Source: Alphaproteobacteria bacterium (GTDB lineage Bacteria; Pseudomonadota; Alphaproteobacteria; UBA828). Taken from it: a DNA stretch of 64,000 nt. The translations under genes were made by a program, and so were the position numbers. Where the stretch lies: NCBI GenBank assembly GCA_963667785.2, contig CAXXMU010000006.1:448001-512000 (forward strand). The letters are read 5' to 3'. Each line of letters begins with the position of its first letter. Position 1 is the stretch's first letter. The notes beneath the pieces were generated by a model, which was given only the letters and a program-made list of their open reading frames with translations, was not told the origin of the DNA and searched no databases. This document shows positions 59,652 through 64,000 of this stretch, piece by piece.

Positions 59652-59721
59652 GTCGAATTCATTCGACTCGGCCCTTGCGATATCGTCGAATGCATGCGAT
59701 CATTCGTCGCATGAATTCGAC
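59652..59721. promoter_or_regulatory. Three 16-bp palindromic operators
   Basis: GTCGAATTCATTCGAC (59652), GTCGAATGCATGCGAT (59685), GTCGCATGAATTCGAC (59706). Confidence 0.78.
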
Positions 59722-59953
59722 GCTGCTGTTGATGAAGCGCTACGCGAGGCTCCGCGGCATCGCCCTATCGACCCTCGGGCGGCTGTCGATCGGGTCGTCC
59801 ACCGTCGCCGAGCGGCTGGCCGCCGGCCGGGTGACGATCAGCACGGCGGCACGCATTGATCAGTGGCTCTCCGACCACTGGCCTGAGGGCGCCGAGTGGC
59901 CCGCCGACATCCCGCGCCCCGCGCCCTCGCCCGAGCGAAAGGACGCGGCCTGA
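59711..59953 (+). CDS. Cro/Ner-position DNA-binding protein
   Basis: Divergent from repressor; STLGRL...WLSDHWPEGAEWPADIPRP. Confidence 0.72.
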   Translation: MNSTLLLMKRYARLRGIALSTLGRLSIGSSTVAERLAAGRVTISTAARIDQWLSDHWPEGAEWPADIPRPAPSPERKDAA

Positions 59954-60207
59954 TGCACGCCGCGCGCCTCGACCGCCTGCAGCGCGTCTACAAGCTGCTG
60001 CTGGACGGCGTCGAGCGCTCGACCCTCGACATCGAGCTCTCGGCGGCGGTGCGCGACGTCCCGCGCTGCATAGGGGCGCTCCGGGCCGCCGGCGCGGAGA
60101 TCACGCGCCGGCGCATCGTCAACCCGGCCAACGGCGCGCCGATCCGGATGTACCGGATGACGGCGCCCGTCCCGATCCCCCTTCCCGCCGGGGGGGGCAG
60201 TGAGTGA
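59953..60207 (+). CDS. Small HTH protein
   Basis: RLQRVYKLL...STLDI...IGALRAAGAEI. Confidence 0.62.
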   Translation: MHAARLDRLQRVYKLLLDGVERSTLDIELSAAVRDVPRCIGALRAAGAEITRRRIVNPANGAPIRMYRMTAPVPIPLPAGGGSE

Positions 60208-60222
60208 CGCGAGGCGCGCCGC

Positions 60223-60951
60223 GTGAGCGGGCCGGGCGATCTCCGCGTGGTGGATCCCGGCGCGGCCGACGCGCCGGCCCCGGCGGACCGCGAGGCGTGG
60301 ATCGCCGCCGGCCTGGCGCTGGCGCAGGGCCGCTCCGAGGCATCGTGGGAGTTCGCCGACTGGCTCGCCGCCGGCCACGCCGCCTGGGGCCGCGAGGCCA
60401 TGCGCGAAGCCGCCGAGGCGACCGGCGCCACCGCCGGAAAAATCAGCCACTATCTAAAGACCGCAACGGGTTACCCTCCGTTGCGCCGGCGCAACGGCCT
60501 CACATTTTCGCACCATATGGAGGTCGCTCGCCTGCCCGAGGCCGACGCGGACCGCGTGCTGGACCGGGCCGAGGCCGAGCGCTGGTCTCGGAACGAGACC
60601 CGCGCTGCCGCCCGCGAGGTCTCGCTCGAGGTCAAGAACGCCAACCTCCACCGCAAGGTCGCGAAACTGGAGCGGGCGCTCGCTGCGGCGCAGGCGGACC
60701 CGGGCGACGCCGTCAAGCAGACGCGCTCGCGCCTCGATGCGGAGCGGCGCGTCATCCGCGACGCAGTCGGCCGCTCCGCCGGCATGGTGGAGGAGCTGGC
60801 CGAGACCGGCATCCTCGACGATCTGCACGGCAACGCCCGCAAGGGCTTCGCCGATCACGTCGACCGCTTCGGCAAGCGGCTGGCGGCCGACGTGAACGCG
60901 GCGCTCGACCGCATGCAGGCGGCGGCCGACAAGGTCCGGGCCTCGCAATGA
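60223..60951 (+). CDS. LmbU-like DNA-binding protein
   Basis: WEFADWL, RRRNGLTFSHHMEVARLP, LDRAEAERWS. Confidence 0.55.
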   Translation: MSGPGDLRVVDPGAADAPAPADREAWIAAGLALAQGRSEASWEFADWLAAGHAAWGREAMREAAEATGATAGKISHYLKTATGYPPLRRRNGLTFSHHMEVARLPEADADRVLDRAEAERWSRNETRAAAREVSLEVKNANLHRKVAKLERALAAAQADPGDAVKQTRSRLDAERRVIRDAVGRSAGMVEELAETGILDDLHGNARKGFADHVDRFGKRLAADVNAALDRMQAAADKVRASQ

Positions 60952-62744
60952 CCGCGCGAGCGCTGTGCCGCTACGGCGACGCCGACCGCACCGATCATGG
61001 GGCGTGCACCGATCCTGCAACGCCCGATCACGACACGCCCTGGGAGCGCGCCACGGAGACGCAGCGCAAGGACGCCGGCCGCCGGCTCGAGGCGGTGCAC
61101 CAGTCCAACGCCCTCCACGCCGGCGGCCTGTCGCGGGCAGACGCCGACAGGGTCACCGCCGCCGAGTTCGAGGTCTCGGCTTCGGCCGTCGCCAACTGGC
61201 GCGCCAAGGTGAAGCGCGCGCCGCGCGGCGAGGGTGTCGAGGCGCTGATCGATCGGCCCAGGACCGGGCGCCCGCCCGGCAAGTGGAGCCTGCCGGGCAG
61301 CGCCTTCCTGTGGCGGCTCTGGTGCAGCGACTACCTGCGCGAGGAGGCGCCTGACGCCGCGGCCGTGCACCGCAGGCTCGCGGCGGTCGCGGACCAGCAC
61401 GGCTGGCACCTGCCGCCGGTCGGGGCCTTTATCCGCCGGACCGGCAGGGAGTTCACGCGGGCCGAGGCCACCCGAGCCCGCGGGGGCGCGCTGGCCGCCA
61501 TGGACCTGGCGCCGCATCAGGTGCGCACCGTCCGCGGCCTCAAGCCGCTCGACATCGTCAACGGGGACGGGCGGCGCCACGACGTTCTGGTGGTGCTGCC
61601 CTCGGGCAGGGAGGGGCGCCCGGTCGTCTGGATGTGGCAGGATGTGCGCACGCGCCGCGTCCTCGCCTGGCGCGCCGGCGAGACGGAGAGCGCCGACCTG
61701 GTGCGGACCTCTCTGCATGCGTTGCTCGTGGAGCACGGGGTGCCGGGCCGGATCGTGGTCGATTCCACCCGCGCGGCCAGCGCGAAGTGGGCCACCGGCG
61801 GTCAGTTGCACCGCAAGCGCTGGCGCTCCACCGACGAGGAGCTGCCGGGGCTGCTGAAGATGCTGGACATCGGCTACTCGGCGACGACGGTGGACAGGGA
61901 CGCCGCCGGGCGCGGCAGGGGGCGCGGGCGCTCCAAGCCGGTCGAGCGGGCGTTCCTCGACCTCGCCAACCACATCGACACGCACCCGCTGCTGGCGGGC
62001 GCCGGCACCGGCCGCTCTCCGGTCGACCGGCCGGAGACGCACCGCATGCAGGCGGTGCCGTGGGAGACCTTTATCGAGGTCGTCGCGCGTGTCATCGCCG
62101 AGCACAACGCCCGGTCGGGGCGCCGCACCGAGGCGGCGGACGGCAGGAGTTTCGACGAGGTCTGGGCCGAGGAGATCGCCGGCACGGTCGTGCGGCGCCT
62201 CGCGCCGTCGCAGGCGGCGATCCTGCTGCTCGCCGCCGAGGACATGAAGATCGGCCCCGACGGCGCCTTCCGCCTGAAGGCCGGGCGCGGCGTCGGCCTG
62301 CCGCCCAACCGCTATCATCACCCCGACCTGGTGGAGCGTGCCGGCCAGCGCCTCGTCGGGCGCTTCGACCCGCAGGACCTGCACGGCGCCGTCCACGTCT
62401 TCGACCCGGCCGGCCGCTACATCTGCGCCGCTCCCTGCCACATGCCCGTCGCCTTCCGCGACGTGAACGCGCCCCGCCAGTGGGAGGGCGCGCGGAAGCG
62501 CGTGCGGAAGTCGGCCGAGGCCGGCCTCGCCGCGGAGCGCGACATGGACGAGCTGCAGCGCACCATGGCGGCGCTGCCGCCGCCCGAGGCGCCGCCCGAG
62601 CCCGAGCCTGCGGCGGTGCGCCTGGTGACCGGCGACGGCCTGCCCGAGGCCCCGGCCGCGCGCCGCACCGCACCCGAGGAGCGGCGGCGCAGCCCGTTGA
62701 TGGCTGCCCTGGTCGCCGCGCGCCGAGAGGAGGACGCATCGTGA
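60948..62744 (+). CDS. MuA-like DDE transposase
   Basis: DYLREEAP, NGDGRRHDV, VDSTRA, SKPVERAF, RFDPQDLH. Confidence 0.93.
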   Translation: MTARALCRYGDADRTDHGACTDPATPDHDTPWERATETQRKDAGRRLEAVHQSNALHAGGLSRADADRVTAAEFEVSASAVANWRAKVKRAPRGEGVEALIDRPRTGRPPGKWSLPGSAFLWRLWCSDYLREEAPDAAAVHRRLAAVADQHGWHLPPVGAFIRRTGREFTRAEATRARGGALAAMDLAPHQVRTVRGLKPLDIVNGDGRRHDVLVVLPSGREGRPVVWMWQDVRTRRVLAWRAGETESADLVRTSLHALLVEHGVPGRIVVDSTRAASAKWATGGQLHRKRWRSTDEELPGLLKMLDIGYSATTVDRDAAGRGRGRGRSKPVERAFLDLANHIDTHPLLAGAGTGRSPVDRPETHRMQAVPWETFIEVVARVIAEHNARSGRRTEAADGRSFDEVWAEEIAGTVVRRLAPSQAAILLLAAEDMKIGPDGAFRLKAGRGVGLPPNRYHHPDLVERAGQRLVGRFDPQDLHGAVHVFDPAGRYICAAPCHMPVAFRDVNAPRQWEGARKRVRKSAEAGLAAERDMDELQRTMAALPPPEAPPEPEPAAVRLVTGDGLPEAPAARRTAPEERRRSPLMAALVAARREEDAS

Positions 62745-63712
62745 GCGACAACGTCACCCACCTGCCCGGCATGGAGCCGGAGCCGGCCGACGCCTACGAG
62801 GCGACGGTCACCGCCTGCCGCGCGGAGATGAAGGCCGCGCGGCTCTCGAACGCCCGCGCCGCGCACGAGATGGGGCGCGGGGTCTCCAGCGCCACGCTGT
62901 CGAAGTGGCTGCGCGGGGTCTACGAAGGCGACGTGCCGGCCGTCACGGAGCGCGTCGCGCTCTGGCTTCGGACCCGCGCGGAAGCCGCCGAGCGCGACAT
63001 GGCCGCCGCCGGGATCGACCGGCACGTCGATCTCGGCGTGACGGAGGAGATCGAGGCCACGCTCGCGCATGCGCAGGCGACGGGCGACGTGGTGCTGATC
63101 CACGGCCGCTCGGGCGCCGGCAAGAGCTGGGCGCTCGCCCGCTACTGCGCGGGCCACACCGCCGCCTACCGCGCGACGATGACCGACGCGGTGGTCACTC
63201 TGGCCGGCCTGCTCGGGCGCGTGGCGGAGACCGTTGGCGCCGGCGTCGGCCACCCCTCGGCGCTGGCGGCCGAGCGCGCCGTCATCGATCGCCTGGCGGG
63301 GCGCCGGGCGCTGCTCTGCGTCGACGAGGCGCACCACCTCCGGCCCCGCCTGCTCGACGAGCTGCGCTGCATCCGCGATCTCGCCGGGTGCGGCCTCGCG
63401 TTCGTCGGCCAGGACGAGATCTGGAACACGCTCGCGAAGTCCTCGCGGTGCGATCAGATCGTCGGGCGGATCGGCGTGCGCCTGCCGCTCAGGATGGCGG
63501 CCGAAGCCGACGTGCTGGAGCTCGCGCGCAACGTCCTCGGCCGCGCGCCGACGAAGGCGGAGCGGGACTGTCTGCTCGCCGCGGCCCGCGAGGCCGGCGG
63601 CCTGCACGCGCTGCGCCGCCTGTTCGAGCGCGCCTGGCGGTTGTCGCGCGGCGGGGGCGAGCGCGCCATCACCGCCGAGCACATCGCGGCCGCGACGGAG
63701 AGGGCGGCCTGA
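62741..63712 (+). CDS. MuB-like AAA+ transposition protein
   Basis: N-terminal HTH, Walker A GRSGAGKS, Walker B VDEAHHL. Confidence 0.93.
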   Translation: MSDNVTHLPGMEPEPADAYEATVTACRAEMKAARLSNARAAHEMGRGVSSATLSKWLRGVYEGDVPAVTERVALWLRTRAEAAERDMAAAGIDRHVDLGVTEEIEATLAHAQATGDVVLIHGRSGAGKSWALARYCAGHTAAYRATMTDAVVTLAGLLGRVAETVGAGVGHPSALAAERAVIDRLAGRRALLCVDEAHHLRPRLLDELRCIRDLAGCGLAFVGQDEIWNTLAKSSRCDQIVGRIGVRLPLRMAAEADVLELARNVLGRAPTKAERDCLLAAAREAGGLHALRRLFERAWRLSRGGGERAITAEHIAAATERAA

Positions 63713-63939
63713 TGCCTCGCGCTAAGCACCACCTCCACATCCACGGCGGCTACGTCACGTCCGAGCCCGATCCGCATGGCGCCACGCGGCCGCTGTGGCG
63801 CGCGACGGTCCTAGCGACCGGCGTGAGATCGGGCCGGGAATATGTCGGCACCGGCGAAGGGAAAGCATCTCAGGTGGCGATGGCGCGCGCCTGCGCCAGC
63901 CTCGGGGATCAGCTCCGCGAGACCGGAGATCACCGCTGA
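63712..63939 (+). CDS. Hypothetical early phage protein
   Basis: TGATG-coupled ORF after MuB (MPRAKHHLHIHGG...). Confidence 0.55.
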   Translation: MPRAKHHLHIHGGYVTSEPDPHGATRPLWRATVLATGVRSGREYVGTGEGKASQVAMARACASLGDQLRETGDHR

Positions 63940-64000
63940 TGCTCTCCGACGAGCTCCGCGAGGCGCAGCGCGCCGTGGATTTCGAGATCCGCCGCGGTAC

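Larger units (their letters stand above)
37923..64000. mobile_element. Mu-like transposable prophage (right end outside window)
   Basis: TG terminus plus end repeats, MuA and MuB homologues, Mu-type terminase/portal/F/I/gp36 head module, P2-like baseplate. Confidence 0.95.

Overview
GC-rich alphaproteobacterial chromosome segment (GcrA, def-fmt-truA, der-bamB-yfgM, acpS-lepB-rnc-era). Positions 1-37.9 kb are host genes: ETF-QO, flavin monooxygenases, a VapBC pair, a five-gene tungsten aldehyde oxidoreductase-type operon and a copA/cueR/cytochrome c/sodC copper cluster. This part also holds three copies of a ~230-bp CTAG-bounded MITE-like repeat. From 37923 to the window edge lies a Mu-like transposable prophage, apparently inserted in the last codons of sodC, with an internal repressor, early genes (MuA, MuB) running right and late genes running left. 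The most striking observation is that the late operon runs lysis, terminase, portal, head, neck, baseplate (V, PAAR, W, J, I), fibres and then the prophage end, with no recognisable tail sheath, tube, tape measure or hub gene. Also seen are two matching late promoters, a structured leader hiding the RBS of the phage DNA methylase, a gpW/beta-propeller fusion and a PAAR cassette resembling those of T4-like phages. All product calls come from motif recognition by eye; no database searches were run.
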